A stretch of 64,000 nucleotides of DNA from Scyliorhinus canicula. Its lineage: Eukaryota. Position numbers and translations under genes: made by a program. The stretch is from the NCBI RefSeq assembly GCF_902713615.1, contig NC_052158.1, forward strand, positions 46,897,159 to 46,961,158, in the 5' to 3' direction. Position 1 is the stretch's first letter, and every line of letters begins with the position of its first letter. Of this stretch, positions 34,698 to 47,169 are shown piece by piece. The notes beneath the pieces were generated by a model that did not search any database, had not been told where the DNA came from, and saw only the letters and a program-made list of their open reading frames with translations.

Positions 34698-35688
34698 TAT
34701 TTTCTTCAAATAATTTGGGAAAAGGGGAGAAATGTCAAAATCTCCATTGAAATAACATTCTTCCTGAGTTGTTTTTTTGAGACATATCCTCGAACGGTAA
34801 AACTGGTCTTTGCCAGCACAACACAAGCTCATGGTGAATTGTCGGCCCATTTTACACTCCGCCCGACATGTCTTTTCAATTGCCCTCGTTGTGCGTGGAA
34901 GATGGGACTGGGTGAAGTAAAAAAAGTAGCCACATTGTCTGCTCTTGGTCACTATCCAGTGTCCTGGTTGCAAATGTGAGTGTGTGACAGTCCAGTGAGG
35001 GAAAAGAAAGGACTTGTATCTGATCTTCACACAGGGGAATAGCAGGCTGGTACTCAATGTGGAACAGTCTTTAACTATGGAGCCAGCCAGTTGAGTTAAA
35101 GGTGGAGAGGGAGTTGGAGGAAATCATGTTTCCCTTTCCTGTTTTACAGAAGAATTGCACCGTACCATGCCTGAGAATTCAGTGAGGACAGACACTGCAG
35201 ATAGATCCTGACCATAACCCAAGGAACAACTGCACAACTGTGGGAAGACATCTAGTTCCTTCACACCATTGCTCAACACAGAGAAGGTTGAGCAGTGAAG
35301 CCATCATCTGGAAATCAGTCAGGGAGGCTTTGCCATATCATCAAATCTGATAACTTTCAAAGGTTCAGCTGTGGGTGATCGGTCAGGTTGAGCTGGAAAG
35401 AAGTGTGAGTGAGCTCCAAGTGTGGTGTGAGTTTCAGTCATGCATTGAGCCTCATGAACCACTGACATTCCTGCTGGGTGAGAGGTTATTACAGTGTGAA
35501 GTGTGAGGAGCGATCCACAGGCTCAGAAGATCTCTGAACACAAGCACATCAATTTTCCCACCTGAAGACAACAGGAACGTGGAAGAGAAACCATTCAGGT
35601 GTGAGGTGTGTGACAAAGCATTCTTCTTATCATCAGTACTTCACTCACACCAATACTTTCCCACAGGGGAGAACCATTCAAATGCGAG

Positions 35689-38600
35689 ATGTGTGATAAA
35701 TCATTTTTGCAGTCACATCATCTCCACAATCACCAACGCATTGACACAGGGGAGAAACCATTCAGGTGTGAGGTGTGTGACAAAACATTCTTCGAGTCAT
35801 CAAAACTCCTGCTGCACAAGACCATTCACAGAGGGGAGAAATCATGCCCAAGTGAAGTATGTGACAAAGCATGCTTATCATTATCCGTAGTTCAGTCACA
35901 AGAACGCATTCAAGCAAGGGAAAAACCATTCAAGTGTGAAGTCTGTCGCAAAACATTCTCATACTCATCAGGTCTCCTTAAACACCAATTCATTCACACA
36001 GGGGAGAAACCATTCACTTGTGTCATATGTGACAAATCATTTGCCAGATCAGACAACCTGCGCGAGCACCAGCGTGTCCATACAGGAGAGAAGCCATTCA
36101 GTTGTGAGGTGTGTGACAAATCATTTGCAAAGTCATCGAACCTCCTGCAGCATCAGCGGATTCACACAGGGGAGAAACCATTCACGTGTCAGCTGTGTGA
36201 CAAATCATTCTCACAGTCTTCAAATCTCTTTCACCATCAGAGGATTCACACAGGGGAGAAACCATTCACGTGTGAGCTGTGCGACAAATCATTCTCACAG
36301 TCTTCGAATCTCCTTCACCACCAGAGGAATCACACTGGCGAGAAACCATTCAGGTGTGAGGTGTGTGACAAAGCATTCTCACTGTCCTCAAAGCTCCTGC
36401 TGCACCAGAGGATTCACACTGGGGAAAGACCATTCCCATGTGAGGTGTGTGGTAAATCGTTCTCGTCATTATCAGTGCTTCGCTCACACGAACGCATTCA
36501 CACAGGGGAGAAACCATTCGAGTGTGAGGTCTGTCACAAAACATTCTCACACTCATCAGATCTCCATAAACACCAATTAATTCACACAGGGGAGAAACCA
36601 TTCACATGTGACATATGTGACAAATCATTTGGCAGATCAGACAACCTCCGCGAACACCAGCGCATCCACACAGGAGAGAAGCCATTCAATTGTGAGGTGT
36701 GTGACAAATCATTCTTGCACTCATCGAGCCTTCTGCAGCATCAGAGAATTCACACTGGGGAGAAACCGTTCAGGTGTGAGATCTGTGACAAATCATTCTC
36801 ACAGTCTTCAAAACTCCAACAGCATCAGAGGATTCACACTGGGGAGAAACCATTCGCGTGTGAAATGTGCGACAAATCTTTCTCACAGTCTGCAAAACTC
36901 CTGCAGCATCAGAAGAATCACACTGGCGAGAAACCATTCACGTGTGAGGTGTGTGACAAATCATTCTCACAGTCTTCAAAACTCCAGCAGCATCAAAGGA
37001 TTCACACAGGGGAGAAACCATTCACGTGTGAGGTGTGCGACAAATCATTCTCACAGTCTTCGAATCTCCTGCACCACCAGAGGATTCACACAGGGGAGAA
37101 ACCATTCACGTGTGAGGTGTGTGACAAATCATTTTCCCAGTCTTCGAATCTCCTGCACCACCGGAGGATTCACACTGGCGAGAAACCATTCACGTGTGAG
37201 GTGTGCGACAAATCATTCTCATCATCATCAGTACTTCGCTCACACGAACGCATTCACACAGGGGACAAACCATTCGCATGTGTCGTATGTAACAAATCAT
37301 TTGCCAGATCAGGAAACCTCCGCGAGCACCAACGCATCCACACAGGAGAGAAGCCATTCACGTGTGAGGTATGTGACAAATCATTCGCAAAGTCATCCAA
37401 CCTCCTGCAGCATCAGAGGGTTCACACAGGGGAGAAACCATTCACGTGTGAGCTGTGTGACAAATCATTCTCACAATCTTCGAATCTCTTTCAGCACCAG
37501 AAGAATCACACTGGGGAGAAACCATTCGGGTGTGAGGTGTGTGACAAATTATTCTCACAGTCATCAAAACTCCTTCTGCACCAGAAGATTCACACTGGGG
37601 AGAAACCATTCCCATGTGAGGTGTGTGGTAAATCATTCTCATCATTATCAGTGCTTCGCTCACACAAACGCATTCACACAGGGGACAAACCATTCAAGTG
37701 TGAGGTTTGTACCAAAACATTCTCACACTCATCAGATCTCCATAAACACCAATTCATTCATACAGGGGAGAAACCATTCACATGTGTCGTATGTGACAGA
37801 TCATTTGGCAGAACAGACAACCTCCGCGATCACCAGCGCATCCACACAGGAGAGAAGCCATTCAATTGTGAGGTGTGTGACAAATCATTTTTACACTCAT
37901 CGAGCCTCCTGCAGCATCAGAGAGTTCACACTGGGGTGAAACCATTTGCATGTGAGCTGTGCGACAAATTGTTCTCACAGTCATCAAAACTCCTGCAGCA
38001 TCGGAGGAATCACACTGGGGAGAAACTATTCACATGTGAGGTGTGTGACAAATCGTTCTCACAGTCATCAAAACTCCAGCAGCACCAGAGGATTCACACA
38101 GGGGAGAAACCATTCACATGTGAGCTGTGCGACAAATCATTCTCCCATTCTTCGAATCTCCTGCACCACCGGAGGATTCACACTGGCGAGAAACCGTTCA
38201 GGTGTGAGGTGTGTGGTAAATCCTTCTCACAATCATCAAAACTTCTGCTGCACCAGAAGATTCACATTGGCGAGAATCCATTCAGGTGTGAGGTGTGTGA
38301 CAAATCATTCTCAAGGTCATCAAAACTCCTGCAGCATCAGACGATACACACTGGGGAGAAACCATTCCGATGTGAGGTGTGTGATAAATCATTCTCATCA
38401 TCATCAGTACTTCGCTCACACAAACGCATTCACACAGGGGAGAAACCATTCACGTGTGTCGTATGTGGCAAATCATTTGCCAGATCAGGAAACCTCCGCG
38501 AGCACCAACGCATCCACACAGGAGAGAAGCCATTCACATGTGAGGTGTGTGATAAATCATTTGCAAAGTCATCCAACCTCCTGCAGCATCGGAGGATTCA

Positions 38601-38784
38601 CACAGGGGAGAAACCATTCAGGTGTGAGATTTGCGATAAATCATTCTCAACATCATCAAAGCTCCAACTCCATCAGAGAATTCACACAGGGGAGAAACCA
38701 TGTAGGTGTGGGATTTGCAACAAATCATTCTCGCAGTCATCTAAACTCTTGCTCCATCAGAGGATCCACACCCTTCAAGTGTGA
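35689..38784 (+). CDS. C2H2 zinc-finger protein, 1031 aa, 37 finger units (35 canonical)
   Basis: Uninterrupted 84-bp periodic array with TGEKPF linkers; acceptor tttcctgttttacAG| with exon starting at 35150; ancestral start position is GTG (35579) and frameshifted. Confidence 0.92.
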   Translation: MCDKSFLQSHHLHNHQRIDTGEKPFRCEVCDKTFFESSKLLLHKTIHRGEKSCPSEVCDKACLSLSVVQSQERIQAREKPFKCEVCRKTFSYSSGLLKHQFIHTGEKPFTCVICDKSFARSDNLREHQRVHTGEKPFSCEVCDKSFAKSSNLLQHQRIHTGEKPFTCQLCDKSFSQSSNLFHHQRIHTGEKPFTCELCDKSFSQSSNLLHHQRNHTGEKPFRCEVCDKAFSLSSKLLLHQRIHTGERPFPCEVCGKSFSSLSVLRSHERIHTGEKPFECEVCHKTFSHSSDLHKHQLIHTGEKPFTCDICDKSFGRSDNLREHQRIHTGEKPFNCEVCDKSFLHSSSLLQHQRIHTGEKPFRCEICDKSFSQSSKLQQHQRIHTGEKPFACEMCDKSFSQSAKLLQHQKNHTGEKPFTCEVCDKSFSQSSKLQQHQRIHTGEKPFTCEVCDKSFSQSSNLLHHQRIHTGEKPFTCEVCDKSFSQSSNLLHHRRIHTGEKPFTCEVCDKSFSSSSVLRSHERIHTGDKPFACVVCNKSFARSGNLREHQRIHTGEKPFTCEVCDKSFAKSSNLLQHQRVHTGEKPFTCELCDKSFSQSSNLFQHQKNHTGEKPFGCEVCDKLFSQSSKLLLHQKIHTGEKPFPCEVCGKSFSSLSVLRSHKRIHTGDKPFKCEVCTKTFSHSSDLHKHQFIHTGEKPFTCVVCDRSFGRTDNLRDHQRIHTGEKPFNCEVCDKSFLHSSSLLQHQRVHTGVKPFACELCDKLFSQSSKLLQHRRNHTGEKLFTCEVCDKSFSQSSKLQQHQRIHTGEKPFTCELCDKSFSHSSNLLHHRRIHTGEKPFRCEVCGKSFSQSSKLLLHQKIHIGENPFRCEVCDKSFSRSSKLLQHQTIHTGEKPFRCEVCDKSFSSSSVLRSHKRIHTGEKPFTCVVCGKSFARSGNLREHQRIHTGEKPFTCEVCDKSFAKSSNLLQHRRIHTGEKPFRCEICDKSFSTSSKLQLHQRIHTGEKPCRCGICNKSFSQSSKLLLHQRIHTLQV

Positions 38785-39243
38785 GGCTTGTGCTGATACC
38801 TTTAACACGTCTGGATCACCAGTGGATTTACACAAAAGAAAAACTCTTTGGGTGCAATGTTTGTGACAAGACTTCCATCCACTCCTCCAATCGCCTGAAG
38901 CACCAGCGGATCCCCACTGATGGGAAACCATTCAGGTGTAATGTTTGGGACAAAACATTGGCACAGTCAGTGTATCTCTGAGTCCATCAACACACTCACA
39001 GAGGGGAGAAACTCTTATTGATGCGAGTTCCGTAATGAAGCCTTCACACAATTTTTGGATCTCCTGGAACATCAACGAAGCCACACACAGGTAACCGAAA
39101 CCAAGTTCAAGCCAAGTGTCATTGTGTAAACCTCCTAAGAAAGTTCACTGCAAAGGATGTTCAGTGGTATTGGACACAAAACAAGAAGCAACTTTTATTC
39201 ACATCAAGCTACTAGTTCGACAATGCCAGTGCCGAGGTATTGA

Positions 39244-39417
39244 GGGGCTGTTTAGCACACTGGGCTAAATCGCTGGCTTTGAAAGCAGACCAAGCAGGCC
39301 AGCAGCACGGTTTGATTCCCGTAACGGCCTCCCTGAACAGGCGCCGGAATGTGGCGACTAGGGGCTTTTCACAGTAACTTCATTGAAGTCTACTCGTGAC
39401 AAGCGATTTTCATTTCA
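39244..39417 (+). mobile_element. tRNA-derived SINE family B
   Basis: Matches 2490-2676. Confidence 0.85.
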
Positions 39418-40028
39418 TGTCAATGATGAAGTCACTGCAGTGAGATGCCAGTGAAACAGGACTTGGAGCAACCCTCATGCAGGAAGGACAAACAGTTGTA
39501 TTTGTATCCAGAGCATTAACACAAATCGAACGATGCTATGTACAGATTGAGAAGGAACGCCTGGACATTGTCTTTGTGAGCATTTCAACCAGTACCTGTT
39601 GGGAGAGAGAAAGTGATGGTAGAGTCTGACCACAAGACACTTCAAAGCATATTTCTCAAACTGCTTTCTATCTACTCCAAAGTGTTTAGAAAGGAAATTA
39701 ATTCATTTGCAGAGCTATCACTTCGCCAACATACTGTCAAGGGCTGCGCTCTCTGAAGGAAGTGATGATGCTGGTCCAGAGTATGAAATCTTCCAGATTC
39801 AACAGTACGACATGTTCTGGAATCATCAACAAGCAGAGGCATTGAATCTGGCAGACCAGTGTCTTGCTATGATCAACAAAATACAACTGTTGAAATATTA
39901 CAGGACGTTTTGATAAAAGGATGTCCTGAAAAAAAAATCAAGGAGATACCTGTAAGAGAGCATTGCGCAGTCAGAGATGATATGATCACCAAAGATGGCA
40001 TCTTGTACAAAGAGACTATTCATAAAGA
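39418..40028 (+). mobile_element. Gypsy RNase H fragment
   Basis: LGATLMQEG..SRALTQIERCYVQIEKE, VESDHKTL, ANILSRA. Confidence 0.85.
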
Positions 40029-40029
40029 T

Positions 40030-40347
40030 AGGCACAATGGTTAGCGCTGCTGCCTCACAGCTCCATGGTCCAGGTTCACTTCCGGCCTTGGGTGACTGTG
40101 TGGAGTTTGCACTTTTCCCTGTGTCTGCATGGATTTCCTCCGGGTGCTCCGGTTTCCTCCCACCATCCAAAGATGTGCAGTTTAGGTGGATTGGCCACGC
40201 TAAATTGCTCCTTTGTGTCCAAAAGGTTAGGTCGGATTATGTGGATAGGGTGGAGGTGTGGGCTGAAGTAAGGTATTCTTTCCGAGGGCCGATGCAGACT
40301 CGATGGGCAGAATGGCTTCCTCCTGCACTGTAAATTCTATGATTCTG
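40030..40347 (+). mobile_element. HE1-like V-SINE, followed by CT-rich low complexity 40350-40600
   Basis: Head, core and tail. Confidence 0.9.
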
Positions 40348-41424
40348 TAAAGTGTTTCTTTCTCCCAACCCTTTATTTTCCTTCTCTTCCACTGTCCTAT
40401 CTCTCTCTCTCTCTCTCCTGCCACACTTCCATCATCCCTTTACTTCCTTTCTAATACCTCTCCTCAATTCCCTCCTTCTTTGCTCCTGGCTGTCATCTTC
40501 TTGTCTCTCTCTTCTGCCTGTCACTACTCTCCCCTCTCTCTGTCCTTCTCAAAGTCTGTCTATCTACCTCCTCGTTCTTCTCTATGTCTCTCCTTCTCTG
40601 GCATTATAAAGATGAGAGGGATACAGAGAAAGTTCACCATTTTAAACTTCACCATAAATGAAAGAAATCAAAGCAGGATCTCCATATAATATTATTAATG
40701 TATTCATGACTACATTAAACTATTTTAACTATTGCTTCTGTTTCGGTGCCACAACTGAAATCATGTATTATCTATGAACCTGTAGTTTGCTGAAATAATT
40801 ACTGGTCACAGCATACACAATGGGATCATGAATATAACTGACTGTTAGTGTTGAACGTCCAAAATTATGAGTGTAATTTGAAGAGTCACCTCAAACAGGA
40901 CCAATCAACAGAAACTCACCACTTTCTTTACTCCCATCTGGGGCCATGGTCATTTCTGTGGTTGGTACCAGCTTCCTGGGTGATGTTTAATAAACCCTTG
41001 TTAAAGATCACAAAAATTCAATTTACTTTTGACATAACACATTTAAAATTCCCGACATAGTCAAATTCAGTCAGATTACGCTGATTAAAGCATGAAGGAA
41101 TTTTAATAAAGAAGTTTTGAATTATGACCAACTGTTTTATCTCAGGATTTTGATTTGTTTGGTTTCATAAATGTGTGAACGTGAAGAATTTCTTGACCCA
41201 TTTTCCCATATTTCAGCTGCTTCAATAAACGGTGATGGTGGCAGTGGGTATGATGTTTGTAGGAAGCCCAGAACTTCCAGAATTGTTAGTGTGGTCCTGA
41301 CAACAACTTTAACTCATGTTCATAGATTAATTAATCTGGAGTTGGACATTATAGATCCCATGACATTATGGTGTAGAAGAGTGAGGAAGTTATTTCTGAT
41401 GTCCTGTTCAATATGGATCCCACA

Positions 41425-41745
41425 ATCATAGAATCCTTCCAATGGAGAAGGAGGCCATTCGACCAATCGAGTGTACTGACTCTCTGAAGGAGTACCCTAC
41501 CTGGGTCCTCTTGCCCTCTACCAGCAACTCCATCTAACCAAGCACATCTTTAGATAAGTACAATTTAACATGGCCAATCCACCTAACCTACACATCTTTG
41601 GACTGTGGGAGGAAACAAGTGCACCCAGAGGAATCCCATACAAGCAAGGGGAGAACGTGCAAACTCCACAGGTAGTGACCCAAGGCCGGGATTGAACCTG
41701 GGTCTCTGCTCTGTGAGGCAACAGTGCTAACCACTGAGACACCCT
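41425..41745 (-). mobile_element. HE1-like V-SINE (diverged)
   Basis: Head, core and tail. Confidence 0.85.
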
Positions 41746-41806
41746 TGTCAATATGAGTAAAAAAGATTATTTGATCATTATCACATTGCTGTTTGTGAGA
41801 TCTCAC

Positions 41807-42921
41807 TGTTCTTGCAAAAATCTAACTCGTAATTCATATGTTTTAGAATTGAATGTTTAGTTTTAAGAATTGTGTTTCAATGGGAGCATCTGTTTGAGAA
41901 ACTGATAATCCAAATGTAAATACAATTCAGACAAACATGGGAGTTTATTACAGTAAAAAGCTAGCCTATGTTTATCTTACAAGGTCTGAGGAAGCAGTAA
42001 CAATAGTGGGTCACCTTTCAGATTGGAATGGAGCCAAAATATGAACCCTTGAATACAGGATTTAAATTATGTCTGTTCTCTCCAGATGAAAAGAAGCTGA
42101 AAGCACCTGAGTGAACATTGGCATTTTCTTCATGGACCCAGTGAGTATAGGGTGAAGATAATTGCAAATTAGTATTGTCAGTTATTCGCATAGTTTACCA
42201 AACCAAAGAGTTGAGTAGAAGTTTAATTAATTTAGCCACGTGTTTGTTCACAAAAGGCAGTTGCAGTTTTGCTTTTGTGTAGATAGCACTTCATTGGATT
42301 GAGAGCCAACAGGAGATGGTAGTTCATCAGGCCTGCATTATAAACAGAGAAAATCTTAACTTTATTGTTCACCATGTGAAATGCGGGTCACGCTCGAGCA
42401 CAAGTTGGGATTTTGTGAGTAAAGCAGCTGGCTAGTTTGAAGCTCATAGCACATATCTACATTGGTCCTCACAGAGCCTTGTGGCAGAAAGCAGTCAGCA
42501 GGGTTAGCTTGGAAGCTGTGCAAAAGCAGTTGGGTTTTTGCCACCAACACGAATAGGGAGCTGAAGCATCTAATTTTGTGAGACATTGAAGAAAAGCTTG
42601 CGGGGAGGCGCTCAGTCAAAAGGGGAAGAGCAGAAACGCGGAGGAGAATTAAAGAGAGTTTAGAGGGTTGTGGCGTACCTTTATCTAGATTTCAAGAGAC
42701 GTGTTAGAATCTTCAACATTCTTGTAATGTGTAAGGGGAATAAGGAGCAGAATTGAGTTGATAGTGAAGTAATGATAAATGACTTAAGTTCACAATACTT
42801 GCTTTGTTTAATTCTTCATTCAATAAAGTTTTTTTTGATTAAAAACATGAATTCTTCTGGTTTATCACGGGGTGTTCACATTATTCTTCAACTGTTAATG
42901 GCCCCTAACAGGATCGTCACA
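41807..42921 (+). mobile_element. Probable solo LTR interrupting a DeuSINE 3' region (41750-41806 and 42922-43040)
   Basis: TGT..ACA ends; AATAAA near 42822; flanks rejoin to ATCACATTGCTGTTTGTG..CTGTGCA..TGGCTGCC; TSD ambiguous. Confidence 0.6.
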
Positions 42922-43241
42922 CTGTGCATAGACTGGCTGCCACATTTCTTATATTACAACTCAAAACTACACTTAAAAAGCATTTCATTAGCGTAAGTTG
43001 CTTTTTGATGACCTCTGTTCATGAAATTCGTCTTTCTTTTTTCGGAAAATATTGTACTTCCTGTTAACTAGAAATTCTAAACCCATTGATGGAGAAAATA
43101 TATCAGCCCACAGTGACATTGACCAATATATTGTGTACAGGACTCTTACTGTAGACTCCTGAATGTTTTAGTCAGTAGGAACACAGCATGCTCACAAGTC
43201 AGGTAGTTTGGGTTATGTTTTTAAAAAATGAATTTATTTTG

Positions 43242-43478
43242 AGGGTGACCCAGTGGTTAGCACTGTTTCATGGCTCCAAGGTCCCAGGTTCGATTCCCAG
43301 CTTGCAACTGTGCGGAGTCTGCATGTCCTTCCCGTGTTTGCGTGGATTTCCTCCCACAGTCCAAATATGTGCAGGTTGGGTGGATTGGCCATGCTAAATT
43401 GCCCTCAGTGTTCATTGATGGAGTGGGGTTAACGGGGATATGGTGGAGGTGTGGGCTAAAGTGGGGTGCTCTTTCCAG
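43242..43478 (+). mobile_element. HE1-like V-SINE, partial
   Basis: Head and core. Confidence 0.8.
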
Positions 43479-43624
43479 AAAATTGATGAAACAGCAGACA
43501 AAGAACACATTATTCAGCACACATCAAACTTTGAATGAACCAAAATAACAAAAAAATTTAAAATGATTCAGGATCATGCCCATACATGAAATTAATCACT
43601 CCTGCCCTTTGACCCTCTGTTCAC

Positions 43625-45150
43625 CACTAGGCCCATCAAGTCTGCTCCGTCATGAAATATGGCCGATAGTTTTCTCATCCCCATTCTCCTGCCTTCTCTC
43701 CATAACCACTGATACCCTTATTAATCAAGAACCTATCTCTCTGTCTTAAAGACACCCAGTGATTTTGCCTCCACAGTGTTCTGCGGCAAAAAGTTCCACA
43801 GATTTACCACGCTCTGGCTGAAGTTATTCATCCTCATTTCTGTTTTAAAAAATTGTCCCTTTAGTCTGAGATTGTGTCCTCTGCTTCTAGTTTTTCCTAC
43901 TCGTGGAAACATCCTCTCCACATCCACTCTATCCAGGCCTCGCAGTATCCTGTGAGTTTCAATAAGATCCCCCTTCATCCTTCTAAACTCTAACGAGTAT
44001 AGACCCAGAATCCTCAACCATTACTCATACGACAAGCTCTTCATTCCAGGGATCATTCTTGTGAATCTTCTCTGGATCCTTTCCAAGGCCAGCATATCCT
44101 TCCTTAGATGCGAGGCCCAAAATTGCTCACAATACTCCAAATGGGGTCTGACCAGAGCCTTATGTAGCCTCAGAAGTACATCCCTGGTCTTGTATTCTAG
44201 CCCTCTCGACATGAATGCTAGCAATGCACTTGCCTTCCTAACTGCCGACTGAACCTGCATGTTAACCTTAAGAGAATCGTGAACAAGGACTCCTAAGTCC
44301 CTTTGTGCTTCTGATTTCCTAAGCATCTCCCCATTTAGAAAATAGTCTATGCTCCCAATTCTCCTTCCAAAGTGGACAACCTCACACTTTTCCATTGTAT
44401 TCCATCTGCCACTTCTTTGCCCACTCTCCTAGCCTGCCCAAGTCCTTCTGCAGCTTGCTTGCTCCCTCAATACTACCTGTCCCTCTACAGATCTTTTGTA
44501 TCATCTGCAAACTTCGCAACAATGTGTTCAGTTCCTTCTTCCAGATCATTAATGTATATTGTGAAATGTTATACCAGCACCGACCCATGAGGCACACAGG
44601 CTGCCATCCTGAAAAATACCCTTTTATCCTCACTCTCTGCCTTCGGCCAATCAGCCAATCCTCTGTCCATGCCAGGATCTTACCCTTAACACCATGGGTT
44701 CTTAATTTTTTTAACAGTCTCCTATGTGGCACCTTCACAAAGGCCTTCCGGAAATCTAAATAAATTGTGTCCACTGGTTCTACTTTGTCTAACATCCTTG
44801 TTACTTCCTCAAGAACTCTAACAGATTTGTCAGACATGACCTCCTCTTGACGAACCCGTGCTGACTCAGTCCTATTTTATTATGCACTCCCAAGTACTCT
44901 GCGATTTCGTCATCAATAATGGACACTAAATCTTACCAATGTCTGAAGTCAGGCTAACCGCCCTATGATTTCCCATCTTCTGCCTCCCTTCTTTCTTAAA
45001 CAGCTGTGTTACATTAGCCACTTTCCAGTTCTCTGGAACCCTTTCTGCCTCCAGTGATTACTAAAAGATCACCACCAATGCCTCCACAATCTTCTCAGCT
45101 ATCTTTTTTAGAACCCTGGGTGGACTCCATCCAGTCCAGATGATTTATCC
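43625..45150 (-). mobile_element. CR1-clade LINE RT/3' part
   Basis: YLDFRKAFVKVPHRRL, LVRPHLEYCEQFW, RGHNLRL, VVNLWN. Confidence 0.95.
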
Positions 45151-45371
45151 ACCTTCATCACCACAATGCTTCTGGAGGCATCAATTTGATTTAGCACACT
45201 TGTTTCCAAAATTACCTTTATTTTGTACAGGAGGAAAGAATTATCTATATCAGGGAAAATCATGATACTCATTCCCCTGAGTCGCCTACTTCCTGTTGAA
45301 GAAATCCTCTTAGAGATGCAGTGACATCTGTGCATAAGCAGCAGCTTCTATCCAGATTGATGTCTTCTTTT

Positions 45372-45580
45372 TAAATAAATTTAGAGTACCCAATTCATTT
45401 TTCCTACTAAGGGGCAATTTAGCATGGCTAATCAACCTAGCCTGCACATCTTTTGGGTTGTGGGGGCAAAACCCATGCAAACACGGGGAAAATGTGCAAA
45501 CTCTACGCGGATAGTGACTCAGAGCTGGGATCGAACCTGAGAACTCGGCGCCGTGAGGCAGCAGGGCTAACTCGATGCGT
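45372..45580 (-). mobile_element. Poly(A)-tailed V-SINE variant with TSD
   Basis: TGTCTTCTTTT at 45361 and 45581. Confidence 0.85.
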
Positions 45581-45769
45581 TGTCTTCTTTTGGTGCAGTT
45601 TGCCGATCTAGTCAAAGATTAAATTGACCTTCTTGAAACAAATGGACTAATAGTGGGAGAGGTTGGAGACAGTCACTGCTGAGGAAGGACAGTTCCCCTG
45701 TGTGAGCACTGGAGGGTAAATAATACAGACAACTCCAGTGTGAGGAAGCAGGTGATTCACTCCAAGTTC

Positions 45770-46660
45770 ATAAGATATAGGAGCATAAGTAAGCCATTCG
45801 GCACATTCAGTCTCCTCCACCATTCAATGAGATCATGATAGATATGATAATCCTCAACTCCGCTTTCCTATCTGAAACATCCTTAACAACCCAGGCCACT
45901 GTGGTAAATAAATCCACAGATTTACTATCCTATGAGAGAAGAGGTTTCTCATCTCGGTCTTACATGGGTGACCCCTTACTCTGAAATTATGCCCTCTGTC
46001 CTAGACATTCCCACAAGTGGAAATATGCCCTCTGGTCCATAATTTTCCCAGAAGAGAATCCTATGTCTCAATAAGGTCACCTCTTATTCTTCTAAACTCC
46101 AATGAGTACAGTCCCAACCTACTCAACCTCTCTTCATAAGAAATACCCTTCATACCCACGATCAACTTAGTGAACCTGCTGTGGGCTGCCTCCAATGCCA
46201 GTACATCTTTTCTTAGCTAAGGGGACCAAAACTGTTCACAGTATCCCAAGTGTGGTTTAACTGCTGTCTTGTATAGTTTCAGCAGGACTTCCCTATTTTT
46301 ATACTCCATTCCCTTTGAAATAAGGACAACATTCCATTTGCCTTCGCAATTATCTGCTGAACTTGCATCCTAGCTTTTGTGACATGCACACGGACTTCCG
46401 CATCCCCCTGTGCTGCAGCTTTCTGCAGTCTTTCTTCAGTTAAATAACATTCAGTTCCTTTATTTTTCCTCCCAAAATGTATAATTTGACTTTTTACTAC
46501 ATTATATTCCGTCTGCCATGTTTTTGCCCATTCATCTATTTCCCTGTCTATCCCTCTGTAGGTTCATTTTGTCATCCTCATCATTTGCCTTCCCATCTAT
46601 TTTTGCATCATCTACTAACTTGGTAATAGTATATTCACTTCCCTCATCCAAGTTATTAAG
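45770..46660 (-). mobile_element. CR1-clade LINE 3' part (older)
   Basis: LDEGSEYTITKLVDDAKIDG; CR1-type tail. Confidence 0.85.
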
Positions 46661-47150
46661 TCTGTGTGGAAATGTTGGTGTTTGGCAAGAGAAAGTGAAA
46701 CAATCCTGCCATACTTCCCAATTGATTGGTTTCTCCGCTGTGTGAATCCTCTGGTGAATCAGGAAGGATGTTGTCTTTATGTAGTCTTTGTCAAACATTT
46801 CACTGCAACATCGTTTCCTCAGTGCGGATATGTCAGTGCTGCAGGTATGTTGCTGACTGTGAGGCTCAGTCACACATCTCTCTTGTCCTTCCAGCCGTGT
46901 GCATACGACGGTTATCCAACATGCCCCATAATTGTTCAAAGATCTTATTACACACGCACACATGATTTTTTTCTGTTCCCCTGTATGAATGTGTTGATGC
47001 TTCACCAGACCTGATAACTGTGTAAAGTCCTTATTACACAACATACACATGAACAGTTTCTCCCAGGATGCGTGTTGGCTCATCTACTCAGACTTTCAAG
47101 GAATTGAGCCTAGGTGCCTGTGAGGTGTTTGAGAAATCATTATTTGGGTC
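46660..47150 (-). pseudogene. Degenerate C2H2 ZNF remnant
   Basis: CMLCNKDFTQLSGLVKHQHIHTGE, HQRIHTAEKP. Confidence 0.8.
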
Positions 47151-47169
47151 ATCAGAACTCCAAAGACTC

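Noticed and set aside
35651-35670. Acceptor-like tactttcccacag rescuing the N-terminal frameshift
   Set aside because: Splicing the exon-1 ATG to 35667 is out of frame with the long ORF.
36608-38866. Long alternate-frame ORFs (443 and 306 aa) over the ZNF array
   Set aside because: Usual shadow frame of C2H2 repeats (RNHS/CVTNHS).
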